64,000 nt of DNA from an uncultured Acidobacteriota bacterium. Its GTDB lineage: Bacteria; Acidobacteriota; Vicinamibacteria; Fen-336. Under the pieces are notes generated by a model. That model searched no databases. It was not told where the DNA came from and saw nothing but the letters and a program-made list of their open reading frames with translations. Position numbers and translations under genes: made by a program. Location: positions 1,674,251 through 1,738,250 of the forward strand of contig CAVXEA010000002.1 of assembly GCA_963760685.1 (NCBI GenBank), written 5' to 3'. This document shows positions 27,891-38,008 of the stretch, in pieces (the first letter of the stretch is position 1; every line of letters begins with the position of its first letter).

Positions 27891-30524
27891 CTACCGGAAG
27901 TTCTCAATCATCATCAGGTCCGAGCCCTGCGGGATGAACTTCGTGAAGAGGATCGCCTTGCCGTCGGGGGAAACGGTGAGTCCACCGCCGGCCGCTCCAT
28001 CCAGCTTTCCGAGGAGCCGCCCTTGGCCCGTCGCCGGATCCCGCACGAAGAGCGGCGTCTCTGAATCGTTCGAGCATTCCAGGGAATAGAGGCCCGCCGG
28101 ACCCACCGCGAAGGAATCGACGCACCTCGCGATCTCTCGCTCCGGCCCCCCGGCCAGCGGCAGGGCGAGCAGCGGCGAACCGTACAGTCGCCTCATGAAG
28201 AAGAGCGTCTTGCCGTCAACCGACTCGAAGGAGAAGAAGCCGCCCCCACGAGTGATGCGTTCCTCCGCCCCTCCCGCGGCAGGGATCCGCCACACGTCCG
28301 GAGGGCCGCCTGCTTCACGGGCAAAGTAGACGTAGCGGCCGTCACGCGACCAGCTCGGTACGATCTCGTCGCCAGGGCCGTGCGTCAGCCGACGCGATGA
28401 GCCGCCATCGACGTCGATCGCCCAGATGCCCCGGTGCCCGTCCTCGCCCAAGGAGTCGAAAGCGATACGCCGGCCGTCCGGCGACCAGCGGGGCGTTCCT
28501 TGGGAGAGCCCCGGCCCGCGCGTGAGCCGGGAGGGCTCGGAGCCATCGGCGTTGGCGAGCCAGATCTCGTGCCCTTCGCCGGAGCGCTGGGTCTCGAAGG
28601 CGACCCTCCGCCCGTCCGGCGAGAATTGGGCGTTGAACTCCGCGAACGTGGAGGCCAAGACGGGCTCGGCCGGGCGCCCCGGCTCGAACCGGTAGATGTC
28701 GTCGTCCGACAACTCTTGCGAGAAAACGAGGCGGTCCGCGGCGATCGCCGGCTGTCCAGCACGCAAGCCGGCCAGCTCGACGGGTGTCGGAGGCTCGTTT
28801 CCCAAGATCCCGACGCGCCAGAGCCTTTGGATCAGATAATCGACGAAGAGCAGGGATTTCCCGTCGCGGGTCCAGGCGAGATCCCCGCCCGGATTGATGG
28901 GCCGACGGCTGAGGCGCCGGGGCGGGCCCTTCGGCACGAAGTCGGCGCCGATCTCCACGACGTCGAGGTGGCACGACGCAAGGCCGACGCAGGACTGATA
29001 GGCAAGATGGCGTCCGTCCGGAGAGAACTTGGGGTTGTAGGGGTCCCCGGCTCCTTCCGGGAGGGGAATAGGACGAGGCTCACCACCCTCCACGGGGACA
29101 AGGTAGAGACCGTCGGACCGGCGCCAGCGCGCTAGCGGCTCGACGCCGGGGCGGGCGCGCGCCGCGACCAGCCAGAGACCGTCGGGAGACCACGACGGCC
29201 TGCCCCCGGCCGTGAGGAAGTCGCTTACCTTGCGGTCGGCCCCGCCCACCTGCGAAACGAGGTGGATCGTCTTGACGACGTCAGGAAAGCGTACACGTAC
29301 GAAGGCGATCTGTCGTCCGTCGGGAGACCAGCTCGGATCTACATTGCTGACTTCGGGAGATCCCGTGGTGAGGCGCCGGACATCCGGAAACCCGATCTGC
29401 TTGATGTAGACGTCGGGGCCGTCGACCTTTGGGCCGGTCCACATGAATGCCACCTGCTCGCCGTCCGGAGACAAGGCCGGAGAGCGCTCCCTGCCGGGCA
29501 TGCTCGTGACCTGTACGACCCGCTGTGGCGGAGGCGGGGGCCGCCGTAGCAGCCACGCCCCAGTGGCCACTGCCAGGAACCCGACGAGACCCGCCACCAG
29601 CCAGAGCCGACGCTTCGAACGCGCCGGCACCGCCGCCGCGGCGCGCCCCGATGCCGAGTCTTCCTTGATCTGCTCCAGCTCCAGCTTCGCGTCCAGCATG
29701 TTCTGGAAGCGGCGCTCCGGCTCCTTGCGCAGGCAACGCTGGATCAGCCGGTCCAGCTCCTTAGGCAGGTCCGGCACCACTTCGCTCGGTGCCTTCGGCT
29801 GCTCCTTCATCAGGGACGCGAGCACCTCTGCCGTGGAGCTTCCGGCAAATGCTCGTTGCCCGGTGACCATCTCGTAGAGCAGGGCCCCGAAGCTGAACAC
29901 GTCGCTTCGAGTGTCCACGTTTCCGCCCGCCGCTTGCTCCGGCGACATGTACCCGATCGTTCCCGCCACCGTCCCCGGGCCGGTCAGCGGTCCCCGCGCC
30001 CCATCGTCCGTCGCCGTCTCGCTCTTCAGGTTCGCTTCCCGGGACATGACGAGCTTGGCCAGGCCGAAGTCCAGGACCTTGACCGATCCCTCCTCGCCAA
30101 CCATCACGTTCGCCGGCTTGAGGTCGCGGTGGACGATGCCCGCGGCGTGCGCGCGCGCGAGGGCGTCCGCGATAGGGATGGCCACCTTCAGGATTTGATC
30201 GAGACGCATCCCCTGGCGCGGGATCGCTTCGCCGAGGGTCTTGCCCACCACGTATTCCATGACGATGAAATCGACTCCATCCACGGAGTCGACCTCGTGG
30301 ACGGTCACGATGTTGGGGTGGTTGAGTGCGGAAGCAGCCTGGGCTTCTTGAATGAAGCGCCGGCGGCGATCCTCGTCGGCCATGCGGTCGGCGGCGAGGA
30401 CCTTGATCGCGACCTCGCGCTTCAGCCGTGGGTCGCGCGCGCGATAGACCTCGCCCATCCCCCCCGCGCCCAGCAGGGAGAGCACCTCGTAGGGCCCGAG
30501 CTTGGAGCCGAGGATCAGGGCCAT
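27891..30524 (-). CDS. Ser/Thr kinase–PD40 beta-propeller paralog 3 (intact)
   Basis: [32 protein letters not shown].. is about 88% identical to paralog 1 across the kinase domain. The architecture is the same: TM helix LWLVAGLVGFLAVATGAWLL, then the propeller, ending DLMMIENFR*. The ORF track extends to GTG 30557, but ATG 30524 matches the other paralogs. Confidence 0.9.
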   Translation of the reverse strand: MALILGSKLGPYEVLSLLGAGGMGEVYRARDPRLKREVAIKVLAADRMADEDRRRRFIQEAQAASALNHPNIVTVHEVDSVDGVDFIVMEYVVGKTLGEAIPRQGMRLDQILKVAIPIADALARAHAAGIVHRDLKPANVMVGEEGSVKVLDFGLAKLVMSREANLKSETATDDGARGPLTGPGTVAGTIGYMSPEQAAGGNVDTRSDVFSFGALLYEMVTGQRAFAGSSTAEVLASLMKEQPKAPSEVVPDLPKELDRLIQRCLRKEPERRFQNMLDAKLELEQIKEDSASGRAAAAVPARSKRRLWLVAGLVGFLAVATGAWLLRRPPPPPQRVVQVTSMPGRERSPALSPDGEQVAFMWTGPKVDGPDVYIKQIGFPDVRRLTTGSPEVSNVDPSWSPDGRQIAFVRVRFPDVVKTIHLVSQVGGADRKVSDFLTAGGRPSWSPDGLWLVAARARPGVEPLARWRRSDGLYLVPVEGGEPRPIPLPEGAGDPYNPKFSPDGRHLAYQSCVGLASCHLDVVEIGADFVPKGPPRRLSRRPINPGGDLAWTRDGKSLLFVDYLIQRLWRVGILGNEPPTPVELAGLRAGQPAIAADRLVFSQELSDDDIYRFEPGRPAEPVLASTFAEFNAQFSPDGRRVAFETQRSGEGHEIWLANADGSEPSRLTRGPGLSQGTPRWSPDGRRIAFDSLGEDGHRGIWAIDVDGGSSRRLTHGPGDEIVPSWSRDGRYVYFAREAGGPPDVWRIPAAGGAEERITRGGGFFSFESVDGKTLFFMRRLYGSPLLALPLAGGPEREIARCVDSFAVGPAGLYSLECSNDSETPLFVRDPATGQGRLLGKLDGAAGGGLTVSPDGKAILFTKFIPQGSDLMMIENFR

Positions 30525-30608
30525 GGCCTGTTGAGAAGATGGCTCATTGCAGTGCACACCCGGTGTCGCTCACGTTGCTCACAACCGCCTCGCCCCGCAA
30601 GCCCGCCG

Positions 30609-33223
30609 CTACCGGAAGTTCTCGATCATCATCAGGTCGGCACCCACGCTCACGGCCTTCGCAAATAGGATCGTCTGGCCGTCGGGAGAGACGGTAAGCC
30701 CGGCCCATGCCTGATCCAGCTTTCCGAGGAGCCGCCCTTGACCCGTCGCCGGATCCCGCACGAAAAGGGGCGTTGGCCCGTCGTCCGCGCAGTCCTCGGA
30801 ATAGAGGCCCGCCGGACCCACGGCGAAGGAAGAGACGCACTTCGCGATCTCTCGCTCCGGCCCCCCGGCCAGCGGCAGGGCGAGCAGCGGCGAACCGTCC
30901 AGTCGCCTCATGAAGAAGAGCGTCTTGCCGTCAACCGACTCGAAGGAGAAGAAGCCGCCCCCATGGGTGATGCGTTCCTCCGCCCCTCCCGCGGCAGGGA
31001 TCCGCCACACATCCGGAGGGCCGCCTGCTTCACGGGCAAAGTAGACGTAGCGGCCGTCACGCGACCAGCTCGGTACGATCTCGTCGCCAGGGCCGTGCGT
31101 CAGCCGACGCGATGAGCCGCCATCGGCGTCGATCGCCCAGATGCCGTAGTGCCCGTCCTTGCCCAAGGAGTCGAAAGCGATACGCCGGCCGTCCGGCGAC
31201 CAGCGGGGCGTTCCTTGGGAGATCCCCGGCCCCCGCGTGAGCCGGGAGGGTTCGGAGCCATCGGCGTTGGCGAGCCAGATCTCGTGCCCTTCGTCGGAGC
31301 GCTGGGTCTCGAAGGCGACCCTCCGCCCGTCCGGCGAGAATTGGGCGTTGTACTCCGCGAACGTGGAGGCCAAGACGGGCTCGGCCGGGCGCCCCGGCTC
31401 GAACCGGTAGATGTCGGGGTTCGACAAATCTTGCGAGAAAACGAGGCGGTCCGCGGCGATCGCCGGCTGTTCAGCAAGCAAGCCGGCCAGCTCGATGGGT
31501 GTCGGAGGCTCGTTTCCCAAGATCCCGACGCGCCAGAGCCTGCGGATCAGATAATCGACGAAGAGCAGGGATTTCCCGTCGCGGGTCCAGGCGAGATCCC
31601 CTGCCGGCCAGACTAGTCGCCGGCTGAGACGCTGGGGCGCTCCCTTCGGCACGAAGTCGGCGCCGAGCTCGACAACGTCGACATTGCACGACAAGAGGCC
31701 CAGGCAGGACAGATAGGCAAGATGGCGTCCGTCCGGAGAGAACTTGGGGTTGTAGGGGTCCCCGGCTCCTTCCGGGAGGGGAATAGGACGAGGCTCACCA
31801 CCCTCCACGGGGACAAGGTAGAGACCGTCGGACCGGTGGTGGGGCCGTAGCGGCTCGACGCCGGGGCGCGCGCGCGCCGCGACCAGCCAGAGACCGTCGG
31901 GAGACCACGACGGCTTGCCCGACCGTGAGGAGGTCGCTTACCTTGCGGTCGGCCCCGCCCACCTGCGAAACGAGGTGGATCGTGTTGACGAAGTCAGGAA
32001 AGTGTACACGTACGAAGGCGATCTGTCGTCCGTCGGGAGACCAGCTCGGAGCTACATTGATGACTTCGGGAGATCGCGTGGTGAGGCGCCGGACATCCGG
32101 AAACCCGATCTGCTTGATGTAGACGTCGGGGCGGTCGCCGGCCTTTTCGCCGACCCACATGAATGCCACCTGCTCGCCGTCCGGAGACAAGGCCGGAGAG
32201 ACTTCGTAAGCCGGGCATGCTCGTGACCTGTACGACCCGCTGTGGCGGAGGCAGGGGCCGCCGTAGCAGCCACGCCCCAGTGGCTACTGCCAGGAGCCCG
32301 ACGAGACTCGCCACCAGCCAGAGCCGACCCTTCGAGTGCGCCGGCAGGGCCACCGCGGCGCGCCCCGAGTCCGAGTCTTCCTTGATCTGCTCGAGCTCGA
32401 GCTTCACGTCCAGCATGTGCTGGAAGCGACGCTCCGGTTCCTTGCGCAGACAACGCTGGATCACCCGGTCCAGCTCCTTCGGCACGCTCGGCACGACTTC
32501 GCTTGGGGCCTTCGGCTGATCCCTCACGACCGATGCCAAACCGGCAAAGGCCCGCCGACCCGTCACCATCACGTAGAGCACCGCCCCGAAGCTGAAGATG
32601 TCGCTCCGGGCGTCGACCTCCTCGCCTATGGCCTGCTCGGGGGACATGTAGCCCGCGGTGCCTGCCACCGACCCGGGCCGGCTCAGCGGCACTGCATCGC
32701 CGTCGTCGCTCATGGTTTCGTGGTCCGGGCTCCCGGGCTCGAACGCAACGAGCTTGGCCAGGCCGAAATCGAGGACCTTTACCGCCCCATCGGACCCGAC
32801 CATGACGTTGGCGGGCTTCAGATCGCGGTGGACGATGCCGGCGGTGTGGGCCCGAGCGACGGCATCGGCGATGGGGATCGCGATCCGCAGGACTTCGCTG
32901 ACCTTCATCCCCTGGCGGGAGATGACGGCATGGAGGGTCTTGCCTTCGACATACTCCATGACGATGAAGTCGATGCCGTCGGCCGACTCGATCTCGTAGA
33001 TCGTGACGATGCTCGGATGGTTGAGAGCAGAGGCGGCGCGGGCCTCCTGCACGAAACGGCGGCGGCGGTTTTCGTCCGCCATGTGCTCGACGGGCAGGAC
33101 CTTGATCGCCACCACGCGGCCGAGGCGCGGGTCGCGGGCGCGATACACCTCGCCCATTCCCCCCGCGCCCAGCAGCGAGAGGATTTCATAGGGTCCGAGC
33201 TTGGAGCCGGCAACCAGAGGCAT
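30609..33223 (-). CDS. Ser/Thr kinase–PD40 beta-propeller paralog 4; two 1-nt frame breaks (about 32210 and 31895), probably sequencing indels
   Basis: [32 protein letters not shown].. runs in ORF 31994..33409 up to ..QVTSMPG. It continues in ORF 31795..32190 (SPDGEQVAFMW..KVSDLLTVG) and then ORF 30609..31808 (..[31 protein letters not shown]...MMIENFR*). Frame-corrected translation is collinear with paralog 3. Confidence 0.75.
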
Positions 33224-33361
33224 GGTCTGCGATGGAGACATTCGATTGTACGGCAAGCGCCCGGCGCGGGTGTGCCCATTCCGATCCTGGCGACGAGGTT
33301 GGGCGATGGTAGGATCGCCCCCGCCTGTCACTCGACCCCGTCCGTACGGAGGAGGGACACC

Positions 33362-33910
33362 ATGAATCGACGGCAGTCTCTGTTGGCACTCTCGACGGTC
33401 GCGGGGCATGCCCTATTCCCGGAGGTCCTCGCCCGATTTGGACGGGCCTTGTCCGCGCCGGCCGAAGCGGGGGTCTGGAAGCCCGAGGTTCTGTCGACGG
33501 GGCAGGGCGAGCTTCTGACGGAGCTGCTCGAGACGATCCTCCCCGCGACCGAGACGCCGGGCGCCAAGGCGGCGCGGGTTCACGTGTTCGTCGACCTGGT
33601 GCTCAAACACTGCCGGACGACGAGCGAGCAGGCGAGCTTCGTCAAGGGTCTGGACGCCCTCGCGTCGGAGTGTCGGGCTCGGTATGGAGCCGACTTCGCC
33701 GCAGCCCCCGCAGCATCACGACAAGAGCTGCTGCAGCGTCTCGAGGCCTCCGGCGACGCGTTCGTTCGCACGCTCAAGGAGCTGACCGTCCTCGGCTACT
33801 GCACGTCGCAAGCGGGGGCCACGCAGGGCCTCGCCTACGTGGCGGTGCCGGGCGACTATCGGGGCTGTATCGACCTCACGCCGGGGCAGAAGGGGTGGGC
33901 CACTTCATGA
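33362..33910 (+). CDS. Twin-arginine (TAT) exported small subunit of a GMC-type dehydrogenase (gluconate 2-dehydrogenase subunit-3 family)
   Basis: MNRRQSLLALSTVAGHALFP is an RR-type signal. A GGAGGG SD lies 6 nt upstream. The stop overlaps the next ATG (ATGA at 33907-33910). Confidence 0.75.
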   Translation: MNRRQSLLALSTVAGHALFPEVLARFGRALSAPAEAGVWKPEVLSTGQGELLTELLETILPATETPGAKAARVHVFVDLVLKHCRTTSEQASFVKGLDALASECRARYGADFAAAPAASRQELLQRLEASGDAFVRTLKELTVLGYCTSQAGATQGLAYVAVPGDYRGCIDLTPGQKGWATS

Positions 33911-35606
33911 GCACCACCACTCCGGGGAAGGCCGAGCACACGTTCGACGCGATCGTGGTGGGCTCCGGAATCACAGGCGGCTGGGCCGCCAAGGAGCTGA
34001 CCGAGGCGGGCCTGCGGACCCTGGTGCTCGAGCGCGGTCGGAACGTCGAGCACGTGAAGGACTACCCCACGGCCAACCTCGATCCCTGGGAGCTGCCCTT
34101 CGGAAACAAACCCACGCTGCAAGACCTCGAGGACTATCCCGTCCAGAAGGAACTTTATCTGTTCGGCCAGGACTCCAAGCACTTCCTGGTGAAGGACAGC
34201 GACCACCCCTACAACCCGGTCAAGGACTTCCAATGGTTCCGGGGCTATCAGGTAGGAGGGCGATCGCTTCTGTGGGCGCGCCATTGCTTCCGCTGGAGTG
34301 ACCTGGATTTCGAAGCGAATCTGAAGGAGGGGGTGGGGATCGACTGGCCGATCCGGTACAAGGACATCGAGCCGTGGTACGACCGCGTGGAATCGTTCAT
34401 CGGGGTGAGCGGCGAGAACGCGGGGCTGCCCCAGCTCCCCGACGGGAAGCTTCTCCCGCCCTTCGAGATGAACTGCATCGAGAAGCACGTGAAGCAGCGG
34501 ATGCAGGAGCGGTTCACCGACCGCCGGCTCATCGCGAGCCGCGTGGCCGTGCTGAGCCAGCCTCACAATGGCCGCGGCAAGTGCCAGTCTCGAAACCTCT
34601 GCCATCGAGGCTGTCCCTATGGGGCCTACTTCTCCAGCAACTCCTCGACGTTGCCGGCGGCGGCGGCCACGGGTCGCATGACGCTACGGCCCTTCTCGAT
34701 CGCCCATAGCCTCATCTGCGACGAAGACACGGGCCGCGCCAGGGGCGTCCGCGTGATCGACGCGGAGACGAAGCAGGTCACGGAGTACTTCGCCCGGGTG
34801 GTGTTCCTGAACGCGTCGGCCCTCAACAGCACCGCCCTGCTCTTGAGCTCGACCTGTCGCCGCCATCCGAACGGCTTCGGCAATTCGAGCGGGGTGCTGG
34901 GCCACTACCTGATGGACCATCACGCCGCCCTCGGCGCCTTCGGCACCTACGACGGGTTCGCCGACAAGTACTACGCCGGCCGGCGGAGCACGAGCGTCTA
35001 CATCCCGCGGTTCCGCAACGTGACCACGCGCCAGCCCGACTTCACCCGCGGCTACGCCTTCGAGGTGTACACGGGACGCCAGGGATGGATGCAGACGGGA
35101 AGCGCGCCCGGGGGTGGGGGCGGCCTTCAAGGACACGCTGACCCGGCCGGGGCCCTGGTACCTCTGGATGGAAGGCTACGGCGAGTGCCTGCCGCGGCGG
35201 GAGAACCAGGTGTCGCTCCAGCCGCGACCGGAAGGACAAGTGGGGGATGCCGATCCTGGACATCGACATGACCTACGGCCCGAACGAGTTCGCGATGCGC
35301 AAGGACATCGTGGCCCAGGCGGCAGAGACGCTGAAGGCGGCGGACCTCCAGGGCGTGCAGACCTTCGACAACGTGCCGCACCCGGGGGCGGTGATCCACG
35401 AGATGGGGACGGCCCGGATGGGTGCCGACCCGAAGCAGTCGGTGCTGAACCGCTTCAACCAGTGCCACGACGCCGCCAACGTGTTCGTGACCGACGGGGC
35501 TTGCATGCCCTCGACCGCCTGCCAGAACCCGTCGCTCACCTACATGGCCCTGACCGCGCGGGCCTGCGCCTATGCGGTGGACGCCCTGAAGCGGGGCGAG
35601 CTCTAG
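33907..35606 (+). CDS. GMC-family FAD-dependent oxidoreductase (flavoprotein subunit); two frame breaks near 35115 and 35225
   Basis: FAD-binding N-terminus HTFDAIVVGSGITGGWAAKEL. The protein continues ..GAAFKDTLTRPGPWYLWMEGYGECLPRRENQVSL in ORF 35114.. It ends with the GMC C-terminal domain ..MPILDIDMTYGPNEF...HEMGTARMGADPKQSVLNRFNQCHDAANVFVTDGACMPS (ORF 35247..35606). The breaks sit at ggggg and gccgcg runs. Confidence 0.8.
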
Positions 35607-35700
35607 CCTCGCGGCTCAGAAAACCCGTGGTCGGGCCGTATCCTGGAGCGCCTTCGCGGCAACAACCAGGTACGGCGATTGGAGTGATCGGCGGGATGAG

Positions 35701-36380
35701 GTGCTCGAGGTGGCCGCTCTGTGCCTGGCCAGGCTGGTCGAAGCAGATGAGGCCGCGAGTGCGCTCCCGGCGTCCATGAGCCACGCCGGCGCCGGGGAAG
35801 GGGAGCTGCTCCGCAAGGCTGGAGGAGGCGACGAAGCCGCCTTCCTCCTTCTCTACGAACGCCACCGGACGCCGGTGTTCCGATTCGCTTGCCGGATGCT
35901 CGGCTCCACGCCCCTGGCCGAGGACGTGACCCAGGAATGCTTCCTGTCGGTCCTGAAGCGTCCCGAGGCGTTCCAGGAGGAGCGGGCCTCGCTCCGCACC
36001 TACCTGTGCGCCATCGCGCGCCACCTGGCCTTCAAGCAACTGAGACGGCAAGGGTCAGGAAGCCGAGCTGGACGACCCGACCGACGAGATACCCGTGGGT
36101 CGAGCCTTCGCGGGATGCGCTCCGAACGGTGATGGACGAGGAGGCGGCGGACGCGGTGCGGGAGGCGGTCCAGGCCCTGCCCGCCCTCCAGCGCGAAGCC
36201 GTGCTCCTGTTCGAGTACGAGGCCCTGAGCCTGGCCGAGATCGCGGCGGTTTGCGACACTGACGTGGGGACCGTGAAATCACGCCTGCACCGGGCGCGAG
36301 AGCGGCTCCGAAAGACGCTCGCGCCTTTCCTGGCGAGCACCCCGCCGCCGCTCGGCCCCGGGCAGGAAGGAGACGAGACC
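35701..36380 (+). CDS. ECF-subfamily RNA polymerase sigma-70 factor; 2-3 frame breaks around 36060-36100. No in-frame stop is visible before the downstream anti-sigma ORF.
   Basis: Region 2 is LLLYERHRTPVFRFACRMLGSTPLAEDVTQECFLSV (ORF 35701..). The linker EAELDDPTDEIPVG is in a third frame. Region 4 is ALPALQREAVLLFEYEALSLAEIAAVCDTDVGTVKSRLHRARERLRK (ORF 35889..). The start is GTG 35701 or ATG 35776. Confidence 0.65.
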
Positions 36381-36782
36381 ATGATGCCGGAGGATCCCGA
36401 GCCGGACCCGGAGTTGCAGCGGCTCCTTGCGAGATGGAGCGCTCCCGTGGTGCCGGCGAGCATGGACGACCGCGTCCTTGCCGCCTTTCGCCGACAGACG
36501 GGGGGAGCCGCCGGGTTCTGGTCGCGACTCTTCACGACGAGCATCCGGGTGCCGATGCCCGTGGCCTTGGGCGTGATGCTGCTTCTCCTGGTGACCGCCG
36601 CCCTCGCGATGCGGCCCGCGCCGGCGCCGCCCACGGCCGGGGCTCCGGACGCGGCCTCCACCATGCAGACCGCGCGCCGCGCCGAACCCCCCGTCGTCAC
36701 CCCGACCAGTCTCGCAGGCTTCCGGCCGGTGACCGAGGTGACGGCTACGGTAGTCACCGCCACCAAACAAGGAGCGCCATGA
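36381..36782 (+). CDS. Single-pass membrane anti-sigma factor (putative)
   Basis: ATGATG follows a strong AGGAAGGAG SD. The protein is MMPEDPEPDPELQRLLARWSAPVVPASMDDRVLAAFRRQ.., then TM helix VALGVMLLLLVTAALAM and a Pro/Ala-rich tail. It sits directly 3' of the ECF sigma gene. Confidence 0.55.
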   Translation: MMPEDPEPDPELQRLLARWSAPVVPASMDDRVLAAFRRQTGGAAGFWSRLFTTSIRVPMPVALGVMLLLLVTAALAMRPAPAPPTAGAPDAASTMQTARRAEPPVVTPTSLAGFRPVTEVTATVVTATKQGAP

Positions 36783-37948
36783 GCAGGACTACGGTGGCAG
36801 CGCTGGTCGCGGTGTGCTTCGCGACAGCGGTGTCGGCCGCGGAAGAACGCTTCGAGTTCGCCACCCTGGCCAACGGCACGTCGATGGGCTTCGCGGTTGG
36901 CCGCACGGGCGAAGCCGGCCCCGGCGGCGCCATCGGCGAGGCCGTGCTCCCGCTTTCGAGCGGAGTCAGCCGGGTGCTGTGGGACCGTGCCACCGGTGCG
37001 TACTTCGGCTACCGCGTCGAGGTGTCGCGGCAGGCCGCGCCCCGCCCGTTCCGCGTCACCCTCAGGCCCCTGGACCGGGCCGCGGTCGAGGGCGAGCTTC
37101 GGCAGCGCGCGGACTGCCCCGGTTGCCCGCCTCCCGCGCCCCTGGGCGCAGGTCCGCAGTTCCCGCCGCCGCAACTCCTGGCCGAGGGCGAGGCGCTCAC
37201 CCTCGATCTCCTCACGAACCCTGAGACCGGGGTGCGGATCTTCGACGTGCTGATGGTGTCCAGCCGCCCCGTATCTGCCGAGGCCATGCGCGCCGCCGTG
37301 GGGCGCACGCTCCAGGGCCAGCAGGCCGTGCAGCGAGCCGCGGCCCTCGTGGCGCGCGGCCAGTACCCGGCCGCCGCCGAGCAGTATCGCCAGGCCCTCG
37401 AGGTGCAGCCCAAGGACGCCACCGTGCACAACAAGCTCGGCATCTGCTATCAGCAGCTCGGGAACGACACGATGGCGCGGCGCGAGTACGAGCGTGCCCT
37501 CGAGCTGAACCCGGGCTATGCCGAAGTGTGGAACAACCTGGGCACCCTCGAGCAGTCGAAGGAGCGATTCAAGCAGGCATTGCGTGCCTACAAGAAGGCC
37601 ATCGAGATCAAGCCCGGCTTGGCCACGCCCTGGAAGAACCTCGGGAACGCCTACCTGGCCCTCGCGCGGGTGGCGGAGGCCTTCGAAGCGTACCAGGAAG
37701 CCTTTCGCCTCGATCCCACCGTGCTCGAGAGCGAAGGCGGGGGGGTACGCGCGGCGGGCCTCGACGCCGCCACCCAGGCCTACTACATCGCGAAGGTTCT
37801 CGCGCAGAAGGGCCAGACCGATGCGGCGCTCGAGTTCCTGAAGCGAGCCAAGGAAGCGGGGTTTCGCGACTTTGCGCGTGTCGCAGCCGATCCGGACTTT
37901 CGCTCCGTGCGCGAGGATCCGCGCTACGAGGACCTCCTTCCTCGGTAG
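36779..37948 (+). CDS. Secreted TPR-repeat protein (third gene of the sigma/anti-sigma operon)
   Basis: ATGA start/stop overlap with the anti-sigma gene, and an AAGGAG SD. Signal peptide MSRTTVAALVAVCFATAVSAA. The C-terminal half is TPR (HNKLGICYQQLGN..AEVWNNLGTLEQ..ATPWKNLGNAYLAL). Confidence 0.75.
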   Translation: MSRTTVAALVAVCFATAVSAAEERFEFATLANGTSMGFAVGRTGEAGPGGAIGEAVLPLSSGVSRVLWDRATGAYFGYRVEVSRQAAPRPFRVTLRPLDRAAVEGELRQRADCPGCPPPAPLGAGPQFPPPQLLAEGEALTLDLLTNPETGVRIFDVLMVSSRPVSAEAMRAAVGRTLQGQQAVQRAAALVARGQYPAAAEQYRQALEVQPKDATVHNKLGICYQQLGNDTMARREYERALELNPGYAEVWNNLGTLEQSKERFKQALRAYKKAIEIKPGLATPWKNLGNAYLALARVAEAFEAYQEAFRLDPTVLESEGGGVRAAGLDAATQAYYIAKVLAQKGQTDAALEFLKRAKEAGFRDFARVAADPDFRSVREDPRYEDLLPR

Positions 37949-38008
37949 CGCGTATCTTTTGACCCTCCCCTCGCAACAACAGGCGAGTCCAATCTCGGGA
38001 GGGAAGAC

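Noticed and set aside
21710-33223. Calling kinase paralogs 2 and 4 (and other broken genes) pseudogenes
   Set aside because: The breaks are single-base homopolymer indels of the same kind found in pyrD and many other genes. Translation on either side is fully conserved. Sequencing error is the simpler explanation, so they are kept as CDS with a caveat.
35607-35700. ECF-type autoregulatory promoter upstream of the sigma gene (GGCAAC ... 16 nt ... CGATTGGAG)
   Set aside because: Only a loose resemblance to the AAC / CGTC-type ECF consensus. Not convincing without comparative data.
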